Assembly: GCF_002113885.1 (NCBI RefSeq)
Contig: NW_018407955.1
Location: forward strand, 1,301,835-1,365,834
DNA from: Mizuhopecten yessoensis
Lineage: Eukaryota
Reading direction: 5' to 3'
DNA: 64,000 nucleotides
The translations under genes and the position numbers were made by a program. Shown here in pieces: positions 1 through 14,041 of this stretch (positions are counted from its first letter, which is position 1; the number at the start of each line of letters is the position of its first letter). The notes under the pieces are model-generated. The model made no database searches. It saw only the letters and a list, made by a program, of their open reading frames with translations, and had not been told where the DNA came from.

Positions 1-230
1 ATGAAGGTTGATGGAGACTAACGCGAACTTATACAGACAAAGGTTTGGAGGAATGAAGGTTGATGGAGACTAACGCGAACTTATACAGACAAAGGTTTGG
101 AGGAATGAAGGTTGATGGAGACTAACGCGAACTTATACAGACAAAAGTTTGGAGGGATGAAGGTTGATGGAGACTAACGCGAACTTATACAGACAAAGGT
201 TTGGAGGGATGAAGGTTGATGGAGACTAAC
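1..230. repeat. 52-bp tandem repeat (about 4.4 copies visible, runs off the window start), within GMC intron 2
   Basis: Unit ATGAAGGTTGATGGAGACTAACGCGAACTTATACAGACAAAGGTTTGGAGG(A/G) repeats at 1, 53, 105, 157 and 209. Confidence 0.95.
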
Positions 231-592
231 GGCAAGTGTTATTGTCGCCATCATGATCTCATTGATAATATTCCACATTGTTCTGTGTTGTGAAAGTCGA
301 TATTTTTGATAATGCTTGTTAGTGTTTCTTTATGTTTACTTGTCACTGCCCCGGTCATCGCTTTGAGGCCTTAGCGTTACTTTGATTTGAACTATACTGA
401 AATGGCATGTTCTTTCGAGCAGAAAACGCGAACCCTTTCGGAACACCCGGCCTTTTTCTCCTTGATATTTCTCAATAGTCGGTCTGTATTTTTTCCTTTG
501 TTTGTGTTTTTTTTAACTAGTTTTATTGATTTTAACTAACGGTTTTGATGGCACCTGGGTATTTGATTATGTTTTTTAGATAGTACACTTAC

Positions 593-801
593 ATTTTCAT
601 TCATAGCCTTACATGCGTGCTTCTGGGGTTCTGTAAAGTATTGCCAGTCCTGTTCTGACTTCTGCACGTCCATAGCGGCAGCGGGGACTGAGATCAACGG
701 GTTCTCTTCCTCCCGGCCCCCTGCCTCCAGAAGAAGCACGTTACTGCCTCTGTCCTCTGACAGTCGAGTAGCTATCACAGATCCCGCGGACCCAGCGCCA
801 A
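593..801 (-). CDS. GMC (glucose-methanol-choline) oxidoreductase, coding exon 2; the gene continues beyond the window start
   Basis: Acceptor TTTAAG and donor GTAAGT. Joined to exon 1 it reads [34 protein letters not shown]...PLISVP...DWQYFTEPQKHAC, the GMC FAD-binding GxGxxG N-terminus. Confidence 0.93.
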
Positions 802-2104
802 CTTAAACAGAAAGGCGGGGATAAGGAAGGACATTGTTTAAACATGAATCAGTAAGATAACAACGTTCCCTTTTGTATGTATCAAATGATCGGTGTAAGG
901 ATGTCCCTGAGGACACAGTAAAACACTTCCTATTCAAAGGTTGGAATAGTTCATTATGAAACTGCAGGGGTGAATGAGTTAAGGGAGTTAATGTCCCAAT
1001 TAAATGTGTGCCATTCACCTCTTTACATTATATACAAGTGAGTGAAAATCTTCTTCTTGAAGATTTCTTTTTGAAATGCATACTCATCTCCTTCAATTTC
1101 TCAGCTTAACATGAACAGTGTCAGAGTGTGTACCAATAATGGCTGATTATTTTTGCCATCGACACCCCTCCCTACACCCTTTTTTTAGCCCTGAACTAAC
1201 GGTATTGTTTCAATATTACACTGCGAAATAATGACATATTATTTGACATTAAATTTTCGCATCGGAAAGAGGAAAATTTAAATAAAGTCGAGCAAAATTC
1301 GAAATTACTAGGCGAGCATTATCAACCTACAACTGTCGTCGTTTTTTCGTCGTTTGTGCCGGGTCAAGTTGGCTGTCAGAAAATGTCGGAGACATTTCGA
1401 AATAAGATTATGATACTTCAGGCAGTCAGGAGACGGCGAAATGTTTCGATATCTTCTGACAACTGACTTTATCGACTCGGCACACTGGGGCTTCAGTACC
1501 ATTGATTTGTCCGTTCGAACGAAATGCCCAAATTGTACAATAAAATGCTCACTATTTTTGACTCTCTATCTACAAACAAAATTGTCAGATAAGTGCTTCA
1601 TTCTTCGTATTTGATTTTTTTTTTCTTCATTGTAGGATGACTTTTCATTACATTTTGACCAAAACCTGCTGTAATAATAACATATCCCCCCTCTCCTCAT
1701 TCTTTTTGAAATATTGATTGAGTGGTTCTAAGAGGTAGCATTTGATCATAATGAACGATAAGGTAGTCGTTCATTTTGGTTTTAACTTTGTTTTATTCAA
1801 ATGTTTTGAAAATACATTGAAATGCAAATTGTACAGTACATTATATGGAATGGAACGGGAAACAAGTGTCACGACACTTATGTAAATTTGTCGTTCATTT
1901 TTACTGTAATACATTGAAATATTACCCTTCGTTTGTCAATTTCTTTATTGTAATCGTTTCACAATTCAACAATTTCATTTTTGTCTGATTTTACTTTTCG
2001 TTCATAAGTTATTTTTGAAATACATATCCTACTTGACAAAGCTTTTTTGTATAACGCAAACGATCTTTCGAACAGTAGACATGTTTAACGCTAATTTCAC
2101 TTAC

Positions 2105-2231
2105 CTACGATGTAGTCGTATGTATTGTTGAGGGTGACCGTGGATAAATCTGACTTCCGAGACGATTCTCTGTACAAATAGGCCGCTGTTGCGAAAATCG
2201 CTACAACAACCGCTATGGATATTCGAGACAT
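2105..2231 (-). CDS. GMC oxidoreductase, coding exon 1 (signal/anchor peptide plus NNTYDYIV)
   Basis: MSRISIAVVVAIFATAAYLY...LNNTYDYIV, then G|GTAAGT donor (phase 1, matching exon 2). An alternative in-frame ATG lies at 2315. Confidence 0.88.
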
Positions 2232-2487
2232 CACGGCGCTAGTGGTTCGTTCCGACTTTTCCCCCCAATTCTGTGCAGCTGCGCTCCTGTTCCTCTTTGT
2301 AGTTACTAACAACATATAAAACAGATCTTGCTTTAATTCCCCGTTGGGTCACATAGAAATTTCTCTATAGCCAAAATAAAGGCAGCATAAAAGAATCGTT
2401 CATTTTGGATTCAACAAAGTCATCAAAACCTTTTCGAGATTCTTTTTCTCTCTGGAGGATTCCGCTGGGTTTTGCACGTGTCGTGAT

Positions 2488-2698
2488 AGAGGGCATATGT
2501 ACTTCCGGTAAACAGCGATAAACTAACATCAGTTAAAATATTAAGCAGAAACAACGTTTTCCGATTTGTCAGTAGATATCCCTTTTATAAATGTTGCGAC
2601 ATTTCAGCCGTTTTCCACCAAACATTACCAATCTTGTACTGCAATGAGGTTGGCTTACTCCTGATTTAACTGCATACCGGAAGTATATGCCCCCATTA
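2488..2698. mobile_element. MITE-like element with about 25-bp imperfect terminal inverted repeats, upstream of the GMC start
   Basis: GGGCATATGTACTTCCGGTAAACAG (about 2491) is the inverse of CTGCATACCGGAAGTATATGCCCC (about 2670-2694). Confidence 0.6.
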
Positions 2699-3918
2699 AT
2701 ACACCACGTGATCACCACATCACATGAAAATTTGTTCCGGAAACTTGTATCTCAAACATGACGTATACATTCCATGTTTATGTTTAGGAGATTGTTTTTC
2801 AGTATTGTTTATATTTGTAGACGAATATCTGTAGTTTTTTTTGTCGTAGTTTATCAATTTATGGATAAAAAAGCAGTGGATTTACATGTATCTTTATTGG
2901 AATCTTTATACTTTTTGTTTTCATAATTCCTACAGCTACCAAAATTGCAAGTGTGACGTCACGTCAATCCAATGGGACGTCACGTCCGGAAAGTTCTGAT
3001 TATTTTTTTGTGATTTTACATGGATTAACCAACTTAATCAAATAAAGTCTTTTAAATAATGCGCCAATATATGATATTATGAATAATTATAGCAAATATA
3101 AACAGCTTACCCAGGCATTACTATTTTTAGGATATTTGTTGAAATATTATGAAATTTCAAATTTACTTTCAAATTTTCAAGAATTAGATTTTCTGCCATG
3201 CATATCTACTTGGCGTTATAAGACAACTTTAATGTGTTTCGTGAGTAGATTGTATTATATTTAGATTTCTACTGAAAGTTCCTCTATTATCAGGGCTATG
3301 GACGCAAGTGGATCAGTGCCGTTTTAAAGTTTCTCCTCCGGCCTCGATTAACGTGAGATAACCGTTAGAAGCAAAGCAAACATTTTGGTGACGTTAGGCT
3401 GTTCCAGGAATCTCGTTGTACTGACGAAATATACATCTTAATATCGACAATATAAGGGTATATCTGTGTTAAGGTCAATAATAACTAACAATTTAGAATA
3501 TAAATATAAGGGTAGGACACACTTTTTTCAATGTTCATGCCGGCGGGCTTCATGGTAAATAAATACATATGTATATAACCGGTTTTCGTTAATATCAGCA
3601 TCAGTTTGAAATAAAAAGCAAAAACAAAATGCCGTCCAATCCTTATGAGAATGCTGTGATCAATGGATTTAAATTCAAAATGTCATGAAGAAAGGTTAAA
3701 TTATATAGCATTGAAGCTACTCGATGGGCCTGCTCGAGCGGTATATTCCCCCACCGAGTAAAGAGTTATGCTTGGGTCTTCCTTGTCTGACACGTAGTTG
3801 ATACAAAATACTTATTAGTTTGTAGAAAATAGACGACAAATGATAAAGGCAAACTAAGGATATGTGTGTTTGCAGTTCAGAATTCTAAAACTGACTTCCA
3901 AACAAATCGAATGAAAAC

Positions 3919-4262
3919 AATAATAATAATAATAATTCGAGGTTCTTATATACCGCGTTATCACAAACTAGTTCGTCTCAAAGCGGTGGACAAATTATTA
4001 TCCGTGGTTATAGGGCCTTTGCATCCAGCCAATATCTTTCTCAACTCCCTGGGGAGCATACATCCGGTGCTGCCATTTCGGCACTCACAGCTAGCATTTT
4101 ACAATTCTACCACTGCCCAACCACGTACTCATTTGCAGCTGAGTAGACTGGAACAAACGGAGTAAAGTATCTTGCTCTAAGATTCAACACAGTGCCGTGC
4201 CGTGACTCGAACCCGCACGAGTTCACGAGCCCGGCGTCCTACCACTGGACAACCGTGCCTCC
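3919..4262 (-). mobile_element. tRNA-derived SINE, probably with a Deu/Nin-type central domain
   Basis: Minus-strand head has A box (GGTTGTCCAGTGG) and B box (GGTTCGAGTC), the body contains GTACTCATTTGCAGCTGAGTAGACTGG (+ strand), and there is an (ATT)n tail. The domain assignment is from memory. Confidence 0.7.
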
Positions 4263-6367
4263 GAAAGCATACACATTTTACAAACATAACAACACAAATC
4301 ACTGTTAGCTCTAAGCCTATTGTCAGTTAACCGCGGGACCGAATCCCGCGGATATTTTAAGGAACTTAGAAAGGTGTTCATTCTCGTGAAGCAGACGCTA
4401 CAAGGACAGTCTAGAGAATGTGACGTCCCTAGCAAGTTAATTCTTAAATAAACATTCACGGTCTGTCGCGTCACCGTGTTGCATAACAAAAGTGTCGGCC
4501 TTTCGCGATCGGGTGCCAGGTGAGCGAGGATCAAACAGGCGTTTTTTGGTATCTGATGGCTATGCTTTTGTTTGTGTAGTTGTTTATATATTTTACGGAT
4601 TCACAAAAACAAAACAAAAACGAATTATTAAAAAAAAATGTTATAGAAACCTAATGATTACTCTTTTTCAGATATCAAATTTAAATACATTTTGTAAAAT
4701 GTCGCTTTAATATTTGTCAGATTTGAGGAAATTGAAAATATTTGTGTACTGTAAATGGTTATTTTGATTTTGCAGTATGATTGCAATCGGCTTGCTGTCG
4801 TCCCTGCGTCGCCCGCAGTTTTATATTTATGGTTCCTTGATTTTATATATGTTATCTTGTATATATTTGTGTATTCAATGAAGTTGTGTGTTAAAATATC
4901 GCTTGCCTAAGGAAATACCTCTTTTTCATGTATGTGATTTGCAGGCTGTCTGTATGACTTGTATATGTCTGTAAAATTGGAGATGGCAAATTAGAAAAAA
5001 AATCTAAATAGGATTTGTATATGTATTTATATATTTCCGATACGCATAGGAACTAATATAAACTGAGCAAACGTCTTGATAGATTATCTCCAAAAAGTAA
5101 TAAACGTATTTTATTCTTCAAGTAATATAATACTAGAGTGGTAATTGTGTGTTGTACATTGTTTTGCACAGTATACGATATTCCAATTGAAAATTTAGAT
5201 TTAAAATAAAAATATCGCAAGTTCTTATTTAACAACACAAAAGGCTAAATAACTTTAGCAAGAACCTCTACGTTTGTACTTCAGGCGATATACTACATTG
5301 ATTTGTAAATATCTCCTTTATAAAATAGTTTTAAATATAATAAACCTTTTTACAAAAGCAAACATGTTTTGAAGGGCACGCAGAATTGTATTCACGGCTC
5401 CTGTATATAGGGCTTTAATTCCACACTTTAAATTGTGTAGAGGACATTTTTTTTAAAACTATTTTTGTTGCTTTGTACTAAACAGAATGAACCCCGTCAA
5501 AGGTTCTTGACTGATTTAATCAGGCTATCACTATAAAGTTATACATGTATCTGTATTACCAGCAGAGTTTGTTATGGACGACGAGAAGGATTATGTATTG
5601 ACATGAATAAAATATGGTTTAAACTAATTCAACACACTTGCCATGTGGGTAATAAAATGTTTACAAACTTTTTGTGTGCAGATAATTAAACACACCAGTG
5701 AATTTCACGCGTTATCGGATGAACAAGTTCGGGATATAGTCTATGGCTCTAAGTTTTGTTCAATAAATATGCCTATGGAATTTTAATTTCAGTCACAGAC
5801 AGCAACTTCAAGTTCACGCGTACAATTTAAAACCATAGTCATCTCTGTAAGTGCCCTATGTATATGGCCTCATTGCTAATATGATTTATATGCCTGTATA
5901 ATCATATATCTTGTGAGCAGTAGTGCAAAAATCGACTAGCGAACCAGGTCAGTAAGCACATGTTGTAACTATCGCGTAAAAAGTTAACCTTGACATTCAA
6001 GGGACATTATAATTAGCAGATGAACGTTAACGGGGTTTGACCTTGAAGGATATCGGTTTTCCGTGGGAACACGTCTGTCATGTGTTGTCGGGAGTCTCTC
6101 AGCACAAGTACCCTACGTGACATAATAAACGATATTTGTTGGTTTACTGCCTGACAGTTTTACATACACATATGCATTAGAATAGTCTTCCTCTCCATGC
6201 GTGTCGTAGCTTACCGGAACCTACATTAATGTAGAAAAATCCCTCTACATATACATATATGTGTACAACAGCACGGACTAAATATAAGATAGTTCCGTGA
6301 TAACAGTCTTTATAAGTACTACCTAAGAACACCCAGTGTACACTACACACATGCATCTTGCACACTT

Positions 6368-6448
6368 GGGAGGCCGTCCTTAATGACCATAGCTGTTGAT
6401 AGGATGTTTAACACCAAACCAAACTACACTAAACCAAACCAAACCAAA
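6368..6448 (+). mobile_element. 3' tail fragment of the SINE family also found at 18416 and 24872
   Basis: GGAGGCCGTCCTTAATGAC...GCTGTT...GGATGTTTAA followed by (CCAAA)n matches the 3' ends of the full copies. Confidence 0.7.
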
Positions 6449-8932
6449 CACCCAGTGCGTATTTTGAACTTTCAGTGTAAGCGGTTTTTATCAAACAACT
6501 ACTTACCCGTGGTTCGCCCTTCGATGCCCTGTATAATCTTGGCCACTACGTGTGCTACCGGGCGCTATTTACACCACCCAATGTACGGTACGTTTCCACT
6601 TCGATGGGTTTTAACTTTTGTACGTTACCGAACCCGGTTATAGCGCGTGTGCGTTCTATTAATGACGTGTTCAACAATGTTTGATTGATAGCGAAGCCGA
6701 TTGTGTGTGAATCTTTGGACTTTGTTTGTATTGTGTGTATTTATATCTACGTTGTAAGAGACATGTATTTGCCCGTGTGTTATAACTGTGTAAACATTGT
6801 GTGTGTCATTAAGGCCTATATATATACTGTATGTACGTGTGTGTTTACCTGTATTTACACTCATGTCAGCTTACCTGGACACATGTGTAAAATGATATTG
6901 GTTTCACTTCACACTTTTACTGCTAACCACTGCTACCAATTTTTTTTTATTTTTTTATAAAAAGTATACTGCTTGCTTTAATTTTTATTCGAATTGACAT
7001 GTACATATTTCATACGCAATATTTAATTCTAGAAATTTTCCAAGATATATTAAAAGTCGTTAAAACGTCAATACCGTCCGTTTTATCATTAAAACGGTTT
7101 TAAGGTTAACTAATTGATTAGCTCTCATTTAACATGAAGTTGTTGAAACGGATTCCTAAACTTGTCATTAAAACCTTGGAAGAAAAATATTTTATGGAAT
7201 GGAAGTAAACATGCAATTTACACATTCAAGCTATTGTTATATCGCGTATATGTTTGAACATAATTGCATTGTTGTCCAACATTCCATCATCTTATCAAGA
7301 ATTTAACGCAAATTGTTATTTAAAATCATATTTTCAGAATAATTTAGATTAAAAACTAACAAAATCATTAAGGATTAATCATTACCATTCGAAAAAAATT
7401 AATTTGAAATTAAAAAACAAAAACTTTTTCCAAAATATCAATAATTCCGTTTTGAAAATTGGTGTTTACAATTCGTTAAGCTTACCATGCTTTGAGTTGG
7501 TGATTAACAAAGTTGAAGTCACAATACATACCTATCTAAATAGACCTATGAATGCTTTAGTTGTACCGAAAACCCCCAGTTTGAAAGGCGTGCATAATTA
7601 CAGTGTTTGGTAGTGACACCGGGGTCCTGAATTAAGTGTACGTTGTTTGCTACGAACCCGTGATTGTACATGTCAGCTGAAGTGTGAATTGTACGTTATA
7701 AACCCTTTACAATAAATGCTAGCTTAGTGCATTATTTAACCACGTATTGATGTTGATCAAATATCAACCTGCCTTTTGACATCTAGGGTTAAATTTCATG
7801 GACATTTAATTTAATAATTTGGCACTTGCTTTTGTATCTTTTGACGAAATAAGACTTCACCCAGAAAACAAACCCATTAAGGTTCTCTATCCCACTGTTC
7901 TGTGTGTTTTCCTTTACACAGTTACCTCCCCTATAACTTCCGTTTGGATATAGCTGTAGCACAGTTGGACCACTGTGTTTTTGTTGATGAAGTACCATCT
8001 GAAATCGCAGGTTCGAATCTACGTCTAGCCCCGCTGAAATGTTTTACACAGAACACCGTTGTTGGTTGTATAAGGTTTATTTCATCTGAAGTGTTTCTCA
8101 TAAATGTCACGCGAGGTATGCTTTTCCTTCCAGAAATGATTTATCAAAGCTAACGTTGTGCCTGCAAAAAGCAATGCGTAGTCACAGTTTTGGCAGTGGT
8201 ACGGGGCTCCTTAAGTTATTTAATCTCCAAACATGTGATACATTCACACTACAATGTAAACACGGAAGTGGAGTTTTTTGACAAGGAAAATATTAAGTTA
8301 TTTATATGTTATTAATATTTCGATTGGTCGGCAATTTTATTTGCATAAAATTTATAGCCTTTATATAGGTAACACATTGGTTACAAGCTGGCAAATATAT
8401 AATACAGTGGTCAGCTTTCTTTGTGTTATCAGCTATAAATCATATAGGTCCTGAGACCCTTGAGTCAGCAATTTACATACCCCAATTTGGTTACATGACT
8501 GGTCAAACTGATCAATAGATGTCATGTCAGCAGGGCCCAAGAGCCAGCAGCTGACCAATGAAATGTTTACTCCCTATGGAGGAGAAACCCCCATGGCCAA
8601 CATGCTATCCCCCAAGCTAACATCTCATCACTTTAGAATTCTCTGGCGAGGCGGCAACAGGCATTTCATTTGTTTAATTCATCTAGTTATTCACTTGGAA
8701 AGATGTTTTAAAAACCAACAATGTTTTAATCAAATAGACATACTTCTATCACGCCGATAATTCACGGGATCATTACGCTTATCAATGTAGACACTTTAAA
8801 ACACGAGCGAAGGCTTTGAATCATCAAAGTCATGTGGAAATATCGGCGACGAAGAAAATTGACTACTGAAAACTCGTTGCGGTAACACAAGCGTGTTCCA
8901 TTGCAGGATAAGCATCCTAAATTCGGACGAGG

Positions 8933-10430
8933 ATGAGTCACGAAGAGGAGACCAGTAATGGCACCGGATTATCTAGCATGAATTCGCCAAGCGACGAGGA
9001 TCAAGTGCGTATGTGGGGAGCACGCATGAAATTGACGGAGTCATCCTTGCAAACAGTTTTGAACCACGGGTTCAAATTCTATGGAGGCGCCCCACAGTTT
9101 GAACCGGAAGACATTCCGAGACAGAAACTCTCTATCGGACAGTCAAAATTACTACACATTGCTTTGAGGAAAACATTCCCGGATACTATTCAGCTTGCGC
9201 AGACATCTGCTGCACATTCCGGCAGTACGCAGGCGTCACCTCCGGAAGTGATCGAGGACGATCAACAATAACCTGTGATAGATAGGCCTGACAAAGGGAA
9301 AGCTGACGAATGTCAGGACGACATTTATGTCCGTTCCGTGGGGAAGAGACATCCCACATCTTCAAGAGTGCACTTAAAGCAGCAAGCACCAAGAGTGATT
9401 GTTCCCAAACCTGTCAACCAAACCTTGAGAATTTCACAAGGTGTTGAGATTTGCCAATTTGTTAACAGTCGAGCAAAGGGCTGTGGCCTGTTATCTTGCA
9501 AATATGCACATATATGTTCTGTCAAGAATTGTGGTAAAAAACACCCAGCCTACTCCAATCTTGATGCAACAAAACCAAAAAACTTGTAAATGTCCCTACT
9601 ACTGTCATTGACAGCTGTCAGACAGCCTGGGAAGTTGAGATAAAGGGAGATAAAGACAGAAACTTCATTTTATCAGGTTTAAAAAATGGATTTGACATCA
9701 TAGATCCCGATGCTGAACCAAGTACTATAGAATCATACAACCACCTATCAGCATCAACAAAAAGTGATTTGTATGATGAAGCTACAGCACAAATAAATAT
9801 GGAACTTGAAAATGGGAACTATATGCAAGTAGACAACCCCCCTCTCATTGTCAGCCCTACCGCGGTTATACCAAAGCCAGATGGCGGTGTTCGATTGATC
9901 CACGATTGTAGTAAAGCAACACGTCTCGCAGATAACGACAATGTGTCGGAACTCGACAAGCAAACATTTCAGTCAATCGATGATGCCATCAAACTTGTTA
10001 CACCATTTTCCTATATAGCAAAGATTGACCTCAAGTCAGCTTATATATCTGTCCCTATAAGTAAACATAGTCAAAAAGTTACGGGACTTAGGGGGGAATT
10101 TAAAGATGGCATTAGATATTTAGTAGATAAAGAAATACCATTTGGTTCAAAATCAGCTCCTGACATTTTCCACCGCCTCTCCCAGACTGTCCGACGCATT
10201 ATGCGAAAGAAAGGATTTAAAATTGTTGCATACCTGGATGATTTTTTCCTCTGTGAAAAGTCAATAAGCAGGTGTTTACAGGCGTTAAACACTTTACTTG
10301 GCTTGCTCGGAAGGCTGGGTTTTATGATAAGCTGGACTAAAGTGGTTGACCCCACTCAAAAGTTGACATTCTTAGACATAGAAATCGACTCTACTCGGCT
10401 TCCCGAAGCAAAATTGCTGGCCCTGAGAGA
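8933..10430 (+). mobile_element. Degenerate DIRS/Ngaro-like retrotransposon (ORF1 fragments with a Cys/His finger, then RT), 3'-truncated
   Basis: ORF 9769-10500 has PKPDGGVRLIHDCS, KIDLKSAY, PFG, AYLDDF and LTFLDIEID. ORF 9275-9589 has ICQFVN...C...CKYAHIC...C...H. No RNase H or tyrosine recombinase is retained. Confidence 0.8.
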
Positions 10431-10439
10431 AGTATTTCC

Positions 10440-13400
10440 ACAATATGTGGAACATAATAAACAAACAAACCAACTATGGGTCGGGGGTTTACACGAATGA
10501 AGATCTGTATCCGTTCTCAACCGAAAACTATCATCTCAGATCTGGAGAAAGACTTCAAGACTCAAACTTCTGGATATAAATTACATCCACCCTTAAGCTC
10601 TGTCTATGAATGAATACTAAAAAAACCGCGCCAAAACATGTAACAAAGACACCTGGACTGACCACTAACGAAAACTAGGTAACACCTATATTTAGAACAA
10701 TTACCTTATATGGACGTAGCAAGGTAAGACAAGTGACATGTGACAACATACTCACGTGTACAAAAACAACACAGGTAGACGGCACAGTGATCGTACACAG
10801 CACATGTATACGCGAACAGCACAATATACGCAGCGAACAATTGATTTAATTTTAAAACATTTTATCACAGCCTTTATTAAAACATCAATATTTTCACATT
10901 GTTACATTCTCTCCTTACATAGAATATGACGTCCTCGTCATGTACAAAATTCAACTTCCCAGGTGTAATCAATCATATATCGCAAAACTTAAGGGAGTAT
11001 GATACATACATTTTAGAAACTTCAAATTCCAAAATACAATGCAAAACTTATGTCAAATAATATATAATATTACAAATTCCACAAACTGTGGTACAATAAT
11101 GTAATACATGAATCTCTAAGAACAATATCCGATCCGAAAACTCACACTGTTCCAAAGATACTGTTAATCAGAACTTGAGCTACATCCGGTGACACTCTTG
11201 TTAAGACACCCTGCTGTGCCAGCGTCTCCAATAATGCCATCCAGGAACTCCAAGTTGTCATATCCTGTGACGATGATACCTGCTGCCTAAAAACATAATC
11301 ACCAGATCTTTGCCAAGCGGGCTGTACTCGCTGTCTGGTGCTTCGTCTAGGACTATCCGCAACCCTCTCACCTTCCGGATCCTGTTGTTCTCCTCCTCCT
11401 AAAGGACAGTCTCCTCCGGAGAGCTGATCGTCACCAGAAGAACCAACAACATCAACCTCCTCAGCAACACTGCGATCGTCATCCAGGTTGTGAGGGGGGA
11501 TCACTTCCACAGGTTCATCAGAAGGTACTGGTCCCTCTGAGTTATGTTGATCAACTCCTCCGGTACGGGTGTATTGGTAAATATAGCAGTCATCGTCATC
11601 TCTGTCATTCTCGTCAGATATCTCCAAATCCTCAGGAACACTTTGTGACAAAACCGATTTCGTTCTGCATTTCGCCGGAATGAGCACTTTCTGTCTGTCT
11701 TAAGCCTTGTGAGCTAAGGATGAAGCCAGCTGATATGAATCCTTCAAGCTTGCTTTGATGTTATCAACATACTCAGATAGTGATGATGTTGAGTCGCTAT
11801 CAATGTCTATACCGAACACTATGTTTACTGGTAACCCTGCCAAACATTAGTTGAAATCGTGAAAATCCAGTAGAATCATGGGGAGTGCAATTATACGCGT
11901 GCACTAAAGAAGAAATATGGCGAGCCCAGTCATGTTTCTCGCTTTCTTCTAGTGTTCGCAACATGTTCCACAATGTCCTGTCGAATCTTTCTGTCGTGCC
12001 ATTACCCATTGGATAGTAAGGTGTTGTCCTTGATCTCGCCATACCCAGAATAGAACACAGTTCCTTCATAAGATCGGTCTCACAATTTGCTCCCTGATCC
12101 GTATGAAGCTTCTGTGGTATGCCATAATGCACAATGAAGTTGTTGAAAAGTGCCTCAGCAGTTGTCTCCGCTGTTTGATTCCGAGTGGGGATGGATTGGG
12201 CGTATCGGGTGAAATTATCTGATAATACAAGAATGTTACCTATTCCTCCTTTCGATGGTTCTAGTGACAGGTAATCAATGCATAACATTTCCATGGGTTG
12301 CGATGTGTGGATACTGACAAGTGGTGCTCTAATATTTGCAGGTGACTTCGCTCGCAGACGTCTAGGACATTTCTTTATCAAACCTCCACATCCACATCTA
12401 TCGCGGCCACGGTGACCGATGTCATCATGTAAACCTTTCAGAGCTCCCTGAACGAATGTGGATGGTAATACTAGTTGCTCCTGTCTGTCCCCATCTCCAT
12501 CAACATTGATTTCACGGTAAAACACGCCTTTCTTGAGTCTGAATCTATTCAAATTCCGATACATCATGGTATGGTCACGGGTCTCTAGCTTAGCAGGGTC
12601 AGGTGCTACTCCCTCCGCTGATACCATACATTGTATGTCCCAAGTTAATTACCTTGTCCTATAAAAACTTGCACTTCTTCGGGGACAACTTTAGACCACT
12701 TTCCCTCAATCTCTGCATAACCTTCTCTATCCTTCGTAGGTGTTCTTCATAGGTATCTGAAAAAGTTATCAGATCATCCAGGTAGATGAGGCATATCTGA
12801 AGATGTCGGTAACCTAGACACTCTTCCATTAGCCGTTGGTAAGTAGCTGGCGCGTTGCTTAGCCCGAATGGCATTTTATTGAACTCATAAAAGCCCAATG
12901 GTCCAACTATAAATGCTGTCCGTTCCTTATCAACTTCATCGATCTCCACTTGATGATAACCAGACTTCATGTCTAAGACGGTGAAATACTTAGAACCAGT
13001 CAGAGCGTCGAGTATCCCCGCTATTCTTGGAAGTGCATAGGAGTCCTTTATGGTCCTGTCATTCAATTCTCTGAAATCTATGCACATCCTTAACTGTCCA
13101 TCTTTCTTGCGCACTAACACAATAGGCGAAGCCCAAAGACTATGAGACGGTCGTGTGATTCCAGTATTTGTCAGCTGATGTAGATCATTCCTGACCTCCT
13201 CATACATGGACGGTGGGATACGTCGGTGTCTTTGCTTGAAAGGAGTAGGATTACTCAACACTATTCGATGTTTGACAGCTGATGAAAATCCAATGTCCTC
13301 ATCATTGTGGGAGAATACATCTCCAAACTCAGTCAGGATGTTCCTTACTTCTGCAACCTTATCCTCTGACAGGGTACCAGAGCCAATCTCCAACTTCTCC

Positions 13401-14041
13401 AATATGTCATCAAACTGCTGACGCAATTCCTCAGTCTCAACATCCTCCTTATCCTCAATATTGACAGGCGTGATCTCGCAGAAAACCGCTCGGGGTGCAA
13501 TGACCATAGTGTGGTTGGACATATGGAATAACTGGACATGTTAACTCCTATTCCCTTTGTAATGATAATTAATCATAGCAGGATTCAAGTCCAAGTCTGA
13601 CTGAGATGTAATACAGTCCTTCCCTGGCTGTTATAAGGCGCATGTTGGATGATATGGTATCTCCTTGTCGACATATGACTTAATCACTACAGAGCTGTTT
13701 GGAGCCACACTGATGTTCTTCTCCTCAGAACTTCTCACAATACCAAGTCGAAAGTTGTTCCTTGCCAGATCCTTCTCCCTCAGACTGAGACATCTAAATG
13801 CCAGAAACCAAGGTGTATAAAGGCCAGCTTCCTGCAGGAATCTAATAACATGCTGTTGGCGACAACCATCTAATAGTAATGTAGTGTGTTGGTACCGAGT
13901 AGCAGAGGTACTCTGGAGTTGTATTGACTGTATGGAACAACCAATAAGATACAGTCTTGTAATGTCCTTCCAGATCATCCTGTAGCATCTATGGCAGTCT
14001 CTATAAATCCTAGATAAGGCAGAGATTGTCCATCTGCACAC
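10440..14041 (-). mobile_element. Degenerate Gypsy/Ty3 LTR retrotransposon (RT, integrase, PPT, 3' LTR), 5'-truncated, RNase H deleted
   Basis: RT 12659-13522 (WASPIVLVRKKDG, LDMKSGYHQV, MPFGL, YLDD). Integrase 11800-12627 (IDYLSL, HTDQG, TTPYYPMGNGTTER). C-terminal ORF 11142-11687. On the minus strand, purine tract AAGGAGAGAA precedes TGTAAC at 10906. The left LTR boundary is approximate. Confidence 0.9.

Noticed and set aside
6500-6640. Possible non-coding first exon on the minus strand (CGG|GTAAGT donor near 6506)
   Set aside because: Only a donor-like motif is present; no acceptor partner can be supported without transcripts.
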